A stretch of DNA of 64,000 nt from a bacterium (GCA_021781705.1 JAJXWI010000001.1:4904-68903); one strand, 5' to 3'; positions 18,972 to 29,232 are shown, counted from the first letter of the stretch. Numbers and translations: made by a program. Notes: a model not told the origin generated them from the letters alone.

Positions 18972-19370
18972 ATGCCGGTTTTCATGAAATTATATATGAT
19001 GCTTTTTATAGTCCTTCTTGTATCTAATCTGATTTTTCATTTCAAATACAAGATGAAGCTTGTTTTCTTTGCCTATGAAATTTTCAGCGCGATTTATATG
19101 ATTCTTGTAATGATAGTCTATTGGAATCCTCTTATCATGGAGAAGTTGAATATTATAAGCATCATGCCGTTAATATTCATACTTGCTGTAGATATATACT
19201 TTTCCATGTGGGGCAAGGTTGAGGATTTGGGTCTAAAAATTCCCGGGCTTTCAGTGCATGAACAGGAAACTGCAAAGGTCATATCCATCCTTTTTACTTC
19301 TCCGGCCTACATCGTAGGCCTTTTGCTTGCCTTTGAACTAGCGAGTACTCAAAAAATATTTACATTTTAA
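18972..19370 (+). CDS. small integral membrane protein (about 4 TM), hypothetical
   Basis: 132 aa, strongly hydrophobic, with four hydrophobic segments. No family recognised. Confidence 0.5.
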   Translation: MPVFMKLYMMLFIVLLVSNLIFHFKYKMKLVFFAYEIFSAIYMILVMIVYWNPLIMEKLNIISIMPLIFILAVDIYFSMWGKVEDLGLKIPGLSVHEQETAKVISILFTSPAYIVGLLLAFELASTQKIFTF

Positions 19371-20184
19371 AAGTTCGAAAAAAGATAGAACAAAGCTCTG
19401 GGTAGTCTCCCTTTTTCTCTTTTTGATTCTCATTTACTAAGATTGCAAGCTTCTGCAATTGAGTAGAATAATTATCAATTTCAATATCCTTGATTCCAAG
19501 AAAATCAGCAAGAGCTTTGGTTTGAAGCAGGAGAATTTCGCAAATGGTATACAAATAAAGCATAAGTTCTGCTTTCGTTTGCTTGAATGCAACCACATGA
19601 TAATTATCATCAGCACTCTTTTTAAGATGACATTCCCCTAATGCACTAATATTATTGTGTGCATTTAGGCATAGCATATTGTAAATAGAAAGGTATTCAT
19701 CCAGTTTACCCGCAAGCTCTGCACGATCCCGAATATTAATAGGTCCATTATTTTCAGCAATTAATTGATCTAGTTTATCTTGGATATCGCAAATATCTTT
19801 TTTAGGACTTTGATTTGATATTATGTCCACAAAAAATGGATTGGATTCAGAAGAAAACACCTCTTTTGTCAATCGAAGTTTCTCTTTAAGGAACGAGGCA
19901 TACATGCGTTTGTAGTAGTCCTGACACTTCATCAAACTGGTAAGATCAATGCCGGCTTCAAATATGCTTCGCAGCAATATAGGAATTCCTACCAAAGCAT
20001 TCTTTTCCAGAAGAGCTTTACACCCACAGGCAATCTCAAACAAGCGAGCATAAAGACACACGGAATATAATTGTTGAGGATTCTTTCTATCGAACTTCAG
20101 AGTCTCAAGGAAATATTTAGCAAAACCCAAAATAGAAGTCAAAGCGTCTTCGCTTTGCTTGACAACGTCAATAGCTTTTATCAT
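19360..20184 (-). CDS. hypothetical all-alpha protein (possibly DUF5677-like)
   Basis: 274 aa with helical-looking composition. The LLRSIFEAGIDL segment recalls DUF5677-type proteins, but only from memory. Confidence 0.5.
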   Translation of the reverse strand: MIKAIDVVKQSEDALTSILGFAKYFLETLKFDRKNPQQLYSVCLYARLFEIACGCKALLEKNALVGIPILLRSIFEAGIDLTSLMKCQDYYKRMYASFLKEKLRLTKEVFSSESNPFFVDIISNQSPKKDICDIQDKLDQLIAENNGPINIRDRAELAGKLDEYLSIYNMLCLNAHNNISALGECHLKKSADDNYHVVAFKQTKAELMLYLYTICEILLLQTKALADFLGIKDIEIDNYSTQLQKLAILVNENQKEKKGDYPELCSIFFRTFKM

Positions 20185-20457
20185 AATTTCCCTCTCGCCT
20201 AAGATGACTATGCGGATCAGTTTTTTTATTGTTTGTTTGAGCTTATGTAAGGAATTATATCACATTCCTTTCTTTTGGCCAAAATTCTATTGACATAATA
20301 ACTTCACGAATTGAGGTTTTGTATAATTCAGATAGAATGAGCTTAGATAGCTCAAATTTTTAATAATTTTAGTTTGCCATTAGAAGACTCGAAAGAGATA
20401 ATGATAACAGAGTATTTTAGCGGACTTATTTTCGGAAAATATGCTAAGCACTGAAAC

Positions 20458-21348
20458 ATGACAAACATTCTAAAAAATGATTTTTCTTGGTCTTTGCAAA
20501 GATCTACTATGTTTGAGAGATGCAAAAGGGAATATTTCTATCATTATTACGGCTCCTGGGAAGGGTGGAATGAGAATGCAGATGATAGGACAAAACTCAT
20601 TTACAGGTTTAAAAACATAAAGAGTGAGGAGTTCTGGTTAAAGTCTATCATTGAAAAAGCTCTCGCCTCAGCGATAAAAAGAGAGATAGAATTCAGCTTG
20701 GCATCATGTAAAAGTTTTTCCATAAGAATGGCATATAGGGATATATTTGAACTTGAAAGAGAAGAATATTTAAATGATCCGAAAAAACTGTGCCTGGATA
20801 GTGTTTACTTTGCCGAAGAGTCTGTTGACAGCCTGAAAAAGCGGATCACAGCTAGGCTTGAATGTTTTTGGAATGTTATATGGGAAAATCCATTCTTTAA
20901 AGTCATCAGGGAAAAACGATACTGTGACTTTATCAGAACGGGCGGCATTGGCGAATTTGTTTTAGATAATATAAAAGTATGGGTTAATCCCGGTATCGTC
21001 TACATTGAAAAGGATGAGAGATTTATCATTGACATTTATCCTATGCCGAAGAAGAATGAAATTAAACCTGCTTTCTCTATGCCGCTTGCCATTCTTTTTC
21101 TAAAAGAAACTTACAGGCATACAAATGTAGAGATTGTACCAAAAACTATTATTGTTGACAAAGATAAATGTGTTGTGCTTGAAAAATGGCTGCCGGTATC
21201 TGCACTATCTGAACTGATAAGGAAATCATCCCTTGACATGCTTTCCTATCTTACGTTTGACAAAAAAGCTTATGAGGAAAATTTCCCTAAAAATAGTGAA
21301 AAAGAAAAATGCCGCACCTGCCATTTCAAAGAGGCATGTGCGACATAA
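20458..21348 (+). CDS. PD-(D/E)xK-superfamily nuclease-like protein with Cas4/AddB-type Cys cluster
   Basis: One N-terminal Cys (ERCKREYFYHYYG) and a C-terminal C-x2-C-x5-C (CRTCHFKEAC) give the 4-Cys pattern of Cas4/AddB nuclease domains. The candidate core is VLDNI...VYIEKDERFIIDIYP. The usual D-x-K lysine is not obvious. Confidence 0.45.
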   Translation: MTNILKNDFSWSLQRSTMFERCKREYFYHYYGSWEGWNENADDRTKLIYRFKNIKSEEFWLKSIIEKALASAIKREIEFSLASCKSFSIRMAYRDIFELEREEYLNDPKKLCLDSVYFAEESVDSLKKRITARLECFWNVIWENPFFKVIREKRYCDFIRTGGIGEFVLDNIKVWVNPGIVYIEKDERFIIDIYPMPKKNEIKPAFSMPLAILFLKETYRHTNVEIVPKTIIVDKDKCVVLEKWLPVSALSELIRKSSLDMLSYLTFDKKAYEENFPKNSEKEKCRTCHFKEACAT

Positions 21349-21379
21349 TAATTAAATTGACTCTCCGCGGGCGAGTTAA

Positions 21380-22726
21380 TTATTTTGCTGTTACTCTTAT
21401 CCTAATCAATGGGAGCATGAATAATACCGCAAGTACGCAGGAAGCAAGGAGGAATAAGAACCCTGCATTCCATCCCCATGTATCCATTATCATTCCCATT
21501 ACCAGAGTAGCTCCGGTTGTTCCGAATAGATACCCGAAAAGTCCTGTAAACCCTGTGGCCGAACCTGCAGCCTTCTTTGGAACTATGTCAAGGGCATTCA
21601 CACCTATAAGACCTACAGGACCATAAACGAAGAGTCCCAAGGATGCAAGAATAATGGTGTAGAAGAGCCCGGAACCATCTACTTTCCAGTAGAGGAATAC
21701 AGACACAAATGCCAAAGCCATAAATATGATTATTGCAGGAGATCTACGTGAATGAAAGAATCTGTCAGATATCCATCCGCATCCTATTGTCCCTGCTATA
21801 CCTGCAAATTCATAAAGAAAGTATGCCCAGGAGGCGTGGCTGAAAGGAATATGCTTGACAGAAGTTAAATAGAGTGGCGCCCAGTTAAGAGCTCCATAGC
21901 GCACTGTATAAACAAATACATTTGATAATGCCAGACACCAGAGCCACTTATTCGGCAGAACATACTTCAGAAGTATCTCTTTGGTACTCAATTCTTTTTC
22001 GGCGTTGATCCCGACTGTAGTCAAAGCATAATCATTGCGGAATTCCTCTATCGGAGGAAGACCCACCGATTGCGGAGTATCGCGCAACATGAACATCACA
22101 AAGAAACTCCCGACGATAGCCAGTATCCCGGGGACATAAAATATTGCCTCCCATTTCGATGCTTCGGGTACCCCCATGAGAACCACCAATGTCATAGCCC
22201 ACCCGGCAATTGGTGCGATAATCCCCCCGCCTATATTATGAGAACAGTTCCAAACTGACATTTTAGTACCACGCTCGCTTATGGAAAACCAGTGAGCCAT
22301 AGTCCTGCCACATGGAGGGTAGCCCATTCCTCCAACCCAGCCGTTTATAAACATCATGCAATACATCAGAGCTACACCCGAAAAGACAGGAAAAAAGATA
22401 TTCACAAGCCCTGAGAGAAAGAGCCCTGTTGCCATAAAATATCTAGGATTGCTTCTGTCGGAAATATTCCCCATAATGAATTTGCTCCAGCCGTACGCAG
22501 CCGCATAAGCCGAACCTATAAGTCCGAGCTGGGTCTTGGTGTAGCCTAGTTTAACCAAAAAAGGCATCGCGAGTCCATAATTATTCCTTACCAGATAAAA
22601 AGCCGCGTATCCAAGAAATATTGCCAAGAATACCTGCCAGCGTAAAAATGTATATCTCTTCTTTATCTGATCCGCTGGAAGTTGCTCTATGTGCGGCGCC
22701 GGCGTAAATATTCCTATCATAATCAT
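21380..22726 (-). CDS. glpT: MFS organophosphate:phosphate antiporter (glycerol-3-phosphate transporter GlpT/UhpC family)
   Basis: The N-terminus FTPAPHIEQLPADQIKKRYTFLRWQVFLAIFLGYAAFYLVRNNY and ISDRSNPRYF closely parallel E. coli GlpT as I remember it. 448 aa with 12 TM-like segments. Confidence 0.85.
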   Translation of the reverse strand: MIMIGIFTPAPHIEQLPADQIKKRYTFLRWQVFLAIFLGYAAFYLVRNNYGLAMPFLVKLGYTKTQLGLIGSAYAAAYGWSKFIMGNISDRSNPRYFMATGLFLSGLVNIFFPVFSGVALMYCMMFINGWVGGMGYPPCGRTMAHWFSISERGTKMSVWNCSHNIGGGIIAPIAGWAMTLVVLMGVPEASKWEAIFYVPGILAIVGSFFVMFMLRDTPQSVGLPPIEEFRNDYALTTVGINAEKELSTKEILLKYVLPNKWLWCLALSNVFVYTVRYGALNWAPLYLTSVKHIPFSHASWAYFLYEFAGIAGTIGCGWISDRFFHSRRSPAIIIFMALAFVSVFLYWKVDGSGLFYTIILASLGLFVYGPVGLIGVNALDIVPKKAAGSATGFTGLFGYLFGTTGATLVMGMIMDTWGWNAGFLFLLASCVLAVLFMLPLIRIRVTAK

Positions 22727-23276
22727 CTCCTTTGATTGTTATCACTACGTTAACTTTGCTATATGCTTCAGTTTCCGTAATACTTTTACCATTTGAATGA
22801 CACAACGACTGGTATTCTCTCGCTGACGCATACTCTTCCACCTTTTTTATAGTTTTTAACCTATATTTTTATTTTTTTAATCGTTTATTTGTGAGGTTTA
22901 TTCTCCTTATTAAAAAATAAACTGTATTTACGTAGTTATTTCACACAATAACCAGAAAGATAGTATCTACCTTATTATCATGTAGTTAAAAAATAAGAAA
23001 AAAAGGGAGGAATAGCAATCACAGAGATTGTTAAGCATTTAAGCGAAAAACAAGACAAACTGTTTTTGATTGATGGAGAGAGCGTAACGAAAATACAAAA
23101 TCTAAAAAATGGGTTATTATTTGCGGTTTTATGCAAAGATTTCTTTAGGTCCTCCCTACTTGCCAATTTGTTAGGAGTTAGTTATTAATTATGTCCACGC
23201 ATTTTTACAACTTGCATTTTGTTCCATGAACCGATAAAATCAATGTAATTGTAAAAATTGAAATTTTATTAGGAGA

Positions 23277-23933
23277 ATGGAATTAATGTTGAGAAATTTT
23301 ATCAAAAAAATTATTCCAAGCAGGGGAGATATTTTTTTTACGCTATTTGAAGAATCGGCAATTCTAGCTAAGGAATCTGCGAAGATTCTCGTAGATATTC
23401 TGGATTCGCAGAATGAAAGCAAAACCACCCTGCTTCATGCGGATTTAAAAATACAAAAACAGAAAGCATCAACAAACAACAGAAGAGTCGTTAGGGAGCT
23501 TAATCGTATGTTTATTACGCCCATAGACCGCGGAGACATACAAAGGCTATCAAGCATTCTTTACAAATTGAATAAAAAAATAGTAAAAACCGCTATGAAA
23601 CTTCAGGTCTTCAACATAGACGCAAATACTGATAACTGTCTCATAAAAAGCGCAAACACTCTTTTGCTTTCAATGGAACTGCTCACAGATGCCATAACCG
23701 GCCTAAAAGAGGCAAATCAGAAAAAGATATCTATAGCCGATGACAGAATCAACGAACTGGAAGAAAACACTATTGAAGACTTACATCATTCGATAAATGA
23801 AATGTCCTCGGGCAAGTTTGACATTCCCACGATTTTAAAAATAGAGAGCATAAGAAAAAATATAGATTCGGCGATAGAATCTAGTGTATTAATCGCTGAT
23901 ATAGCAATGCAAATATCCTTGAAAAGTATATAA
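23277..23933 (+). CDS. DUF47 (PhoU-like, TIGR00153) phosphate-transport accessory protein
   Basis: 218-aa helical protein immediately upstream of a PiT transporter, which is a conserved pairing. It has an N-terminal FFTLFEESA-type start. Confidence 0.65.
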   Translation: MELMLRNFIKKIIPSRGDIFFTLFEESAILAKESAKILVDILDSQNESKTTLLHADLKIQKQKASTNNRRVVRELNRMFITPIDRGDIQRLSSILYKLNKKIVKTAMKLQVFNIDANTDNCLIKSANTLLLSMELLTDAITGLKEANQKKISIADDRINELEENTIEDLHHSINEMSSGKFDIPTILKIESIRKNIDSAIESSVLIADIAMQISLKSI

Positions 23934-23947
23934 TTGAGCAAACATTT

Positions 23948-24937
23948 ATGACAATATTTATAGTTTTTCTTATAATTGCAATTGCACTGGCATTTGAATA
24001 TATAAATGGATTTCATGACACGGCAAATGCTGTAGCAACATCAATCGCGACAAAATCTCTAACTCCGCTTCAAGCCATTGTTATTGCGGCAATATGCAAC
24101 ATTGTCGGAGCTTTAATCAGCACAAATGTGGCTATAACAATAGGAAAAGGACTAATAAATGCGGCTCTGGTAACTGGTATTGTAGTACTAGCTGCACTCT
24201 TAGCAGCTATATTTTGGAACCTTATAACATGGTATTTAGGAATTCCCTCCAGCTCATCTCACGCGCTAATCGGGGGGCTGATAGGATCTGTCTGGTTCCA
24301 CAATGGTTCTGGCGCTGTTAATTTCGCAAACTTGATCAATAAGGTCATATTCCCTATGATCTTATCACCCATAATAGCATTCTTTTTGTCTTTTTTAATA
24401 ATGGCGATAATAGGTTTTTCATTCCGTAACAACAAAACTCCCAGAAAGACCAATAGTTTTATCAGAGAACTACAGGTAGTTTCGACAGCTTTCCTCTCAT
24501 TCAGCCATGGATCCAATGACGCACAAAAAACAATGGCCATTATAACGCTTACACTGTTTGGGTACGGATTTATAGACAAGGTAGCGGTACCGGTATGGGT
24601 GATTATAGCATGCGCTGTATGTATGGGGCTCGGAACGCTATCGGGTGGAATGAGAATTATTAAAACCTTGAGTTCGCGAGTGGCAGAATTAAAACCAGCC
24701 AATGGGTTTTCTGCTGAATTAAGCTCAGCCACGCTTATTTTTGGAGCATCTCTTGTGGGGCTTCCATTGAGTACCACTCAGGCTGTATCAGGTTCAATAA
24801 TGGGTGCGGGATGCGCCGGAAAATCCGCGATTAACTGGGGAGTTGTTAAAAATATGGCTATAGCCTGGGGGCTTACAATTCCTGTATGTATAATTTTAGC
24901 CGCGTTTTTTTTAGAAATACTTATGTTTTTCCGCTAA
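23948..24937 (+). CDS. pit: inorganic phosphate transporter, PiT (PHO4) family
   Basis: Duplicated PiT signatures: INGFHDTANAVATSIAT and FSHGSNDAQKTMA. It is a polytopic membrane protein. Confidence 0.9.
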   Translation: MTIFIVFLIIAIALAFEYINGFHDTANAVATSIATKSLTPLQAIVIAAICNIVGALISTNVAITIGKGLINAALVTGIVVLAALLAAIFWNLITWYLGIPSSSSHALIGGLIGSVWFHNGSGAVNFANLINKVIFPMILSPIIAFFLSFLIMAIIGFSFRNNKTPRKTNSFIRELQVVSTAFLSFSHGSNDAQKTMAIITLTLFGYGFIDKVAVPVWVIIACAVCMGLGTLSGGMRIIKTLSSRVAELKPANGFSAELSSATLIFGASLVGLPLSTTQAVSGSIMGAGCAGKSAINWGVVKNMAIAWGLTIPVCIILAAFFLEILMFFR

Positions 24938-25638
24938 TCAGCGATTATGGGTTCATCTTTTTTAGAGAGAAGGTTCAGAGCAACAATGGCAGCCTCTACT
25001 TCAGCTTGCTTTTTATTGCTTCCTTTTCCTTCCGATATCTTATCTTTGCCAATGTAAAGTTCAACCGTAAAAAACGGAATATGTTGAGGCCCTGTTACGT
25101 CTTTAAGAACATAAACAGGCTTGGTTCCCCTTTCTTTCTGCAACATTTCCTGTAATAGTCCCTTAGGATTTAATTTGAAAGCGGCAGCAGATGACTCCTC
25201 GATGATTACATCAGTTATTTTCAAAAAAACTCTCTTGACTTCTTCCAGTCCTCCATCGAGGTAAATTGCTCCCATAACAGCTTCAAAAGCATCGCATAAT
25301 GTAGAATCCCTGTTACTTCCGTCAGATTCTTTTTCCCCTTTGCCAAGGAATATATAATCTTGAAGGGTTATGCTTCTGGCAGCATTAGCCAAAGTGGTTC
25401 GCTGTACTATGGAAGACCTTATCACAGTAAATTCTCCCTCTGACTTTTCCTTGAATTTATTAAAGAGGTAATCCGTCACAACCAACTCAATAACAGCATC
25501 TCCCAGAAATTCTAGCCTTTGATTATCGTAGCTTAATGCTCTTTCAGAGGCGTAAGAACTATGAGTAAGAGCTTCCTTAAGAATCAAATCATTGCTAAAG
25601 GAATAACCCAAATCTTGTTGAAGCTTTTCGAAAGTCAT
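24934..25638 (-). CDS. rnc: ribonuclease III
   Basis: RNase III signature NQRLEFLGDAV, the catalytic region DAFEAVMGAIYLD, and a C-terminal dsRBD (GPQHIPFFTVELYIG...GKGSNKKQAEVEAA). Confidence 0.9.
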   Translation of the reverse strand: MTFEKLQQDLGYSFSNDLILKEALTHSSYASERALSYDNQRLEFLGDAVIELVVTDYLFNKFKEKSEGEFTVIRSSIVQRTTLANAARSITLQDYIFLGKGEKESDGSNRDSTLCDAFEAVMGAIYLDGGLEEVKRVFLKITDVIIEESSAAAFKLNPKGLLQEMLQKERGTKPVYVLKDVTGPQHIPFFTVELYIGKDKISEGKGSNKKQAEVEAAIVALNLLSKKDEPIIAD

Positions 25639-25647
25639 AACACAATT

Positions 25648-27420
25648 TTAGAAAGCAGTTATACCGGATGAGTGTTTAATATCTATTACACTAAGCTGCA
25701 GTGTCATAGAGCCATTATAGTTGTTTATTTGAGGAACAGCCAAAACATCCCATGGAGGTTCGGGCAACTTATCTTCAGAAAAGTTAAACGCAATAAACTG
25801 TATTGAATAATTATTAGAATCTTTAAGGTACCCCTTGCTATGCCCCTGACCGATGGTCTTTACGTAAGGAACAGAGAGATTAGTCAGCCTGAAAGTAGGC
25901 TGAAGATTGCCAAAACCGAAAGGTTCAAGACGTTCAAGCTCATCAAAGAATTTCTGGTCGAGTTCAGGAATATAAATATCACCATCGTAATCCATTTGAG
26001 GGATAAGATCTTCAGGAGTTATTACGTTGCTTACTGAATCTTCAAACCTCTTTTTCAGTAAATCTATGTCTTTGGGGTTTAGAGATAATCCCACAGCCAT
26101 AGGATGCCCCCCATATCTTGTCAGAATATCATCACTTCCTGTTAAGATACTTACAAGGTTTACATTAGCTGAAGAGCGACCTGAGCCGTAAGCCTGCCCG
26201 TCTATAATAGTAAGAACGATTGTCGGTCTGTTGTAATCCCTGGCGACTCTTGAAGCTACGTTTCCTATCACTCCCTGATGCCAGTTGTGCCCATAAATAA
26301 GTATGGAATAGGACTCATTCATTTTAATGGTCTGGTATATTTGAGATTCCGCTTCTTCAAAAATTTCTTTTTCTTTGCTTCTTCTCTGATTGTTATAATC
26401 TTTCAACTGTTTAACCAGCGCCGTAGCCTCAACGATACTGGCAGTGTTAAGAAGTTTATAAGCCACCCCGGGATCTCCAAGCCGCCCTGCCGCATTAATG
26501 TATGGCGCAAGCTTGAAAGCTATATCTGTTGACTTCAAAGAGCCATTGACACCTGTAATTTCACATAAAGCCCTTATTCCTGGTCTTACCTGGCGTGAAA
26601 GAACTTTGAGTCCGTATTTTGTAAGTATTCTGTTTTCGCCAAATAACGGAACAATGTCTGCGACAGTTCCAAGAGCTACAAGATCAAGAACTTCTTTTAA
26701 ATCAATCTTTTTGAAAGTAAGACCATTATCCACACCATATTTTATAAAAGCGTGAGCCAATTTAAATGCGGTTCCTACACCTGCCAGACAGTGAAGTTTT
26801 TTCAATTCCGGGTGAACTTTTGAATTTATTATGGTATGGGCCGCAGGCAGTTTTGACGCCTGTTCATGATGATCCGTAATTATAACATCTATTCCCAGAG
26901 AATTTGCTCTGTCTACAGCATCATTACTTGTTATTCCACAGTCAACAGTAAGAAGAAGATTGCACTTATACACTTTTAATGCATTGTCCAGTGATTCTGA
27001 AGTAAACCCATATCCAGTATCAAGTCTATGAGGAATGAAAATTGAAACATTTGCGCCACATTCAGTAAGCACCCATGATAACAAGGCTGAGGATGTCAAT
27101 CCGTCAACATCAAAGTCACCGTGTATAAGAATGTGTTCGTCCCTTTTTAGAGCTTCCCACAGCCTGGCAGAAGCTCGTTCTGTTCCCGGCAGTTCATATG
27201 GCGAACTCAAATCGTTAAGCGTGGCATTGAAAAATTCCCCAATATTTTCAGAGGATATTCCCCTACACGCTAGAACCTGTGCTATCGGTCTCAGCACACC
27301 ATGTTCTTTTATTAATCTGTCAAGTTCTTTTACCGAAAAAGTCTTACCAACCCATTTATTCTCCGTCATTATTCTCCGTAATACCTTATTTTTAATATTA
27401 TTGTTCATACAATAGTCCAT
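25648..27420 (-). CDS. recJ: single-stranded-DNA-specific exonuclease RecJ
   Basis: DHH motifs HGDFDVDGLTS and VIITDHHE, and DHHA1 motif YGGHPMAVG. The true start may be the internal ATG at 27369 (MTENKW). Confidence 0.85.
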   Translation of the reverse strand: MDYCMNNNIKNKVLRRIMTENKWVGKTFSVKELDRLIKEHGVLRPIAQVLACRGISSENIGEFFNATLNDLSSPYELPGTERASARLWEALKRDEHILIHGDFDVDGLTSSALLSWVLTECGANVSIFIPHRLDTGYGFTSESLDNALKVYKCNLLLTVDCGITSNDAVDRANSLGIDVIITDHHEQASKLPAAHTIINSKVHPELKKLHCLAGVGTAFKLAHAFIKYGVDNGLTFKKIDLKEVLDLVALGTVADIVPLFGENRILTKYGLKVLSRQVRPGIRALCEITGVNGSLKSTDIAFKLAPYINAAGRLGDPGVAYKLLNTASIVEATALVKQLKDYNNQRRSKEKEIFEEAESQIYQTIKMNESYSILIYGHNWHQGVIGNVASRVARDYNRPTIVLTIIDGQAYGSGRSSANVNLVSILTGSDDILTRYGGHPMAVGLSLNPKDIDLLKKRFEDSVSNVITPEDLIPQMDYDGDIYIPELDQKFFDELERLEPFGFGNLQPTFRLTNLSVPYVKTIGQGHSKGYLKDSNNYSIQFIAFNFSEDKLPEPPWDVLAVPQINNYNGSMTLQLSVIDIKHSSGITAF

Positions 27421-27484
27421 AAAATTAAAAAAAAACTTGATTTAAACTAAAATTAAATTATTTTTAACATCTCATCATAAGGAT

Positions 27485-27571
<87 letters not shown>

Positions 27572-27614
27572 TTCTCAACAATCATCTTTGGAAACAAAGG
27601 AGGCACAGGGAAAA

Positions 27615-28073
27615 ATGAAGATAAAAAGAGTTCTTGCCGATAAAAAAGAGAATAAAGTCTGTACTATAAACATCAATGATACTATAAGAACAGCCACAAA
27701 AAAAATGACAGATGAAGACGTCCACGCACTTATAGTAATTGAAGACAATAACGACCCTCTGAGTTATGTGGGGATAATAACTACAATAATGATAATAGCC
27801 GAATCCTGGAAATATGATAATATCCTGGAGGAACCGGTTGGAAAAATTATGTCTCATCACTTGCTGGTAATAAAACCGGAAGACGATGTCGAACAGGTAA
27901 TGGGATTTTTCACGAAGACAAAAATAAGATACATTCCTATTTGGGAAGGAGAAAAGATAATCGGGGTGTTTTCAGCCGTAGACCTGGTTAGAACTTTGCT
28001 CAAAGAGAAAGAAATACAGTTAACATCCTTAAGCGACATGTCTGGCGGTACTTACGGGAATAAAGTCTACTGA
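27615..28073 (+). CDS. CBS domain pair protein
   Basis: The track ORF start (27483) reads through the tRNA, so I trimmed to the ATG at 27615, which follows AAGGAGG. Two CBS-like units are present (VCTININDTIRTATKKM..VHALIV and LLVIKPEDDVEQVMGFF..IRYIPI). Confidence 0.75.
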   Translation: MKIKRVLADKKENKVCTININDTIRTATKKMTDEDVHALIVIEDNNDPLSYVGIITTIMIIAESWKYDNILEEPVGKIMSHHLLVIKPEDDVEQVMGFFTKTKIRYIPIWEGEKIIGVFSAVDLVRTLLKEKEIQLTSLSDMSGGTYGNKVY

Positions 28074-28099
28074 TTGCCTTGACCGATATTGCTCAAAAT

Positions 28100-28575
28100 T
28101 TACTCAAAACCCGTTTCGTTCTTAAATAAGAGATTTGCAAACAAACCTACGCAAAACATATATACGAGGGCAAAGTAAATAACAAACATAGCTTTTCTCT
28201 CAGTCCTAAAAGATCTCCTACGCAACCGATAATAATATGAATAACAGCCTGCCTGCAGTCGTAAGACTACAGAACACGCTGACCACTTTTACACCATTTG
28301 TAGCAGAATTCCATCCACGATATTCGTTGAGAAATTTTACCATCCAGATAGAAATTCCCTGTTCTATTCCGATGTAAGCAAAAATTAAAGAACAAACCCA
28401 GCTGATAGAAATCCAACTCATCCCTTCAGGAACAAACAAGGCTACGAGGCAGCGCTTGCGTACAATAAGAAAAAATTCTCCAATAATCAGATATTTTGCA
28501 AATGAGTTTTTTTCAGTCACTCATTTTTTCAGAAAAAAAGAAGCCACCCCTTTTGAGGCCAACAACATACTTCAT
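28100..28575 (-). pseudogene. remnant of an MFS sugar transporter (FucP/GluP-like), frameshifted and truncated
   Basis: An SD plus ATG at 28575 gives only a 20-aa ORF. The next frame (28218..28520) encodes FAYIGIEQGISIWMVKFL...TTAGRLLFILL, resembling the TM7-8 region of FucP-type MFS proteins. A third frame continues RKAMFVIYFALVYMFCVGLF to a stop at 28100. Confidence 0.45.
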
Positions 28576-28589
28576 AGAACTCCTAATAT

Positions 28590-29108
28590 TTAACTAGGCC
28601 ACGGGGAATTTGGAACCGTAACATAAAACTTGTGCGTCGGGGATGCTTCGGATGGAGGGGTGTAGTGGGTCCATAAATCGTCGTATCTGATTGCACCAGG
28701 GCATTCGGGGCTGTTTATTTGTAAAATGGGGCCAAGCTCTACCATTTTCAGTATTGTATTTTTATATATAACTGAAAGCTGATATCCATAATCCTGCCCT
28801 GGCTGATTAATGAAATTAAATTGCATCTCCCTTGCTAGGTATGGGCCGCTCATCCCATTCAATTTGTACGTGCATTCCGACAGTGGGGTGACGGGACTTG
28901 AGCAGGTCGGGCGTGTGGCTATAACCTCCTCAATCAAGTGTAGGCGTGCGTTTCTTTGAATGAGATTTACTCTGAAAGTTATGCCTGATGAAACTATCCT
29001 ATCCCTTTGAGAAAGCTCAAGACGTTGAATCTCCGCATGTAACCTATTAGTCATCATGAAACCCAGAGCGATAATGGTGACAAAGCGCATGGTTGCGTTT
29101 TTATACAT
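28590..29108 (-). CDS. secreted hypothetical protein
   Basis: 172 aa with a signal peptide (MRFVTIIALGFMMTNRLHA). No family recognised. Confidence 0.55.
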   Translation of the reverse strand: MYKNATMRFVTIIALGFMMTNRLHAEIQRLELSQRDRIVSSGITFRVNLIQRNARLHLIEEVIATRPTCSSPVTPLSECTYKLNGMSGPYLAREMQFNFINQPGQDYGYQLSVIYKNTILKMVELGPILQINSPECPGAIRYDDLWTHYTPPSEASPTHKFYVTVPNSPWPS

Positions 29109-29192
29109 ATTTTTTGTACTCCTCAGTCTAATTTTATATTAGTAATTGATTAAATGTTGAATCAGATATTTTAAAGTCGATATAAATATTTT

Positions 29193-29232
29193 CTAGCAGT
29201 TTGTCGGGATTTGCCCTAAAACTGCCGGAAAT
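29193..29232. repeat. palindromic repeat, second family (single unit)
   Basis: CTAGCAGTTTGTCGGGATTTGCCCTAAAACTGCCGG has a GCAGTTT/AAACTGC stem. Compare 18766-18803. Confidence 0.6.

Noticed and set aside
21309-21626. A plus-strand 105-aa ORF overlapping the end of the Cas4-like gene and the 3' part of glpT.
   Set aside because: It is antisense to the strongly supported GlpT coding region, and its Pro/Thr/Arg-rich translation is typical of a shadow frame.
22997-23170. A plus-strand 58-codon stop-free frame behind a strong AAGGGAGGA SD (ITEIVKHLSEKQDKLFLIDGESVTKIQNLKNG...). There is also a 7-nt AGGGAGG/CCTCCCT complementarity 140 nt apart, upstream of the DUF47-PiT operon.
   Set aside because: There is no ATG, GTG or TTG start at the right distance (only ATA/ATC). 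An overlapping antisense ORF is equally long. A 58-codon open frame and a 7-nt complement are both plausible by chance in 550 nt of spacer.
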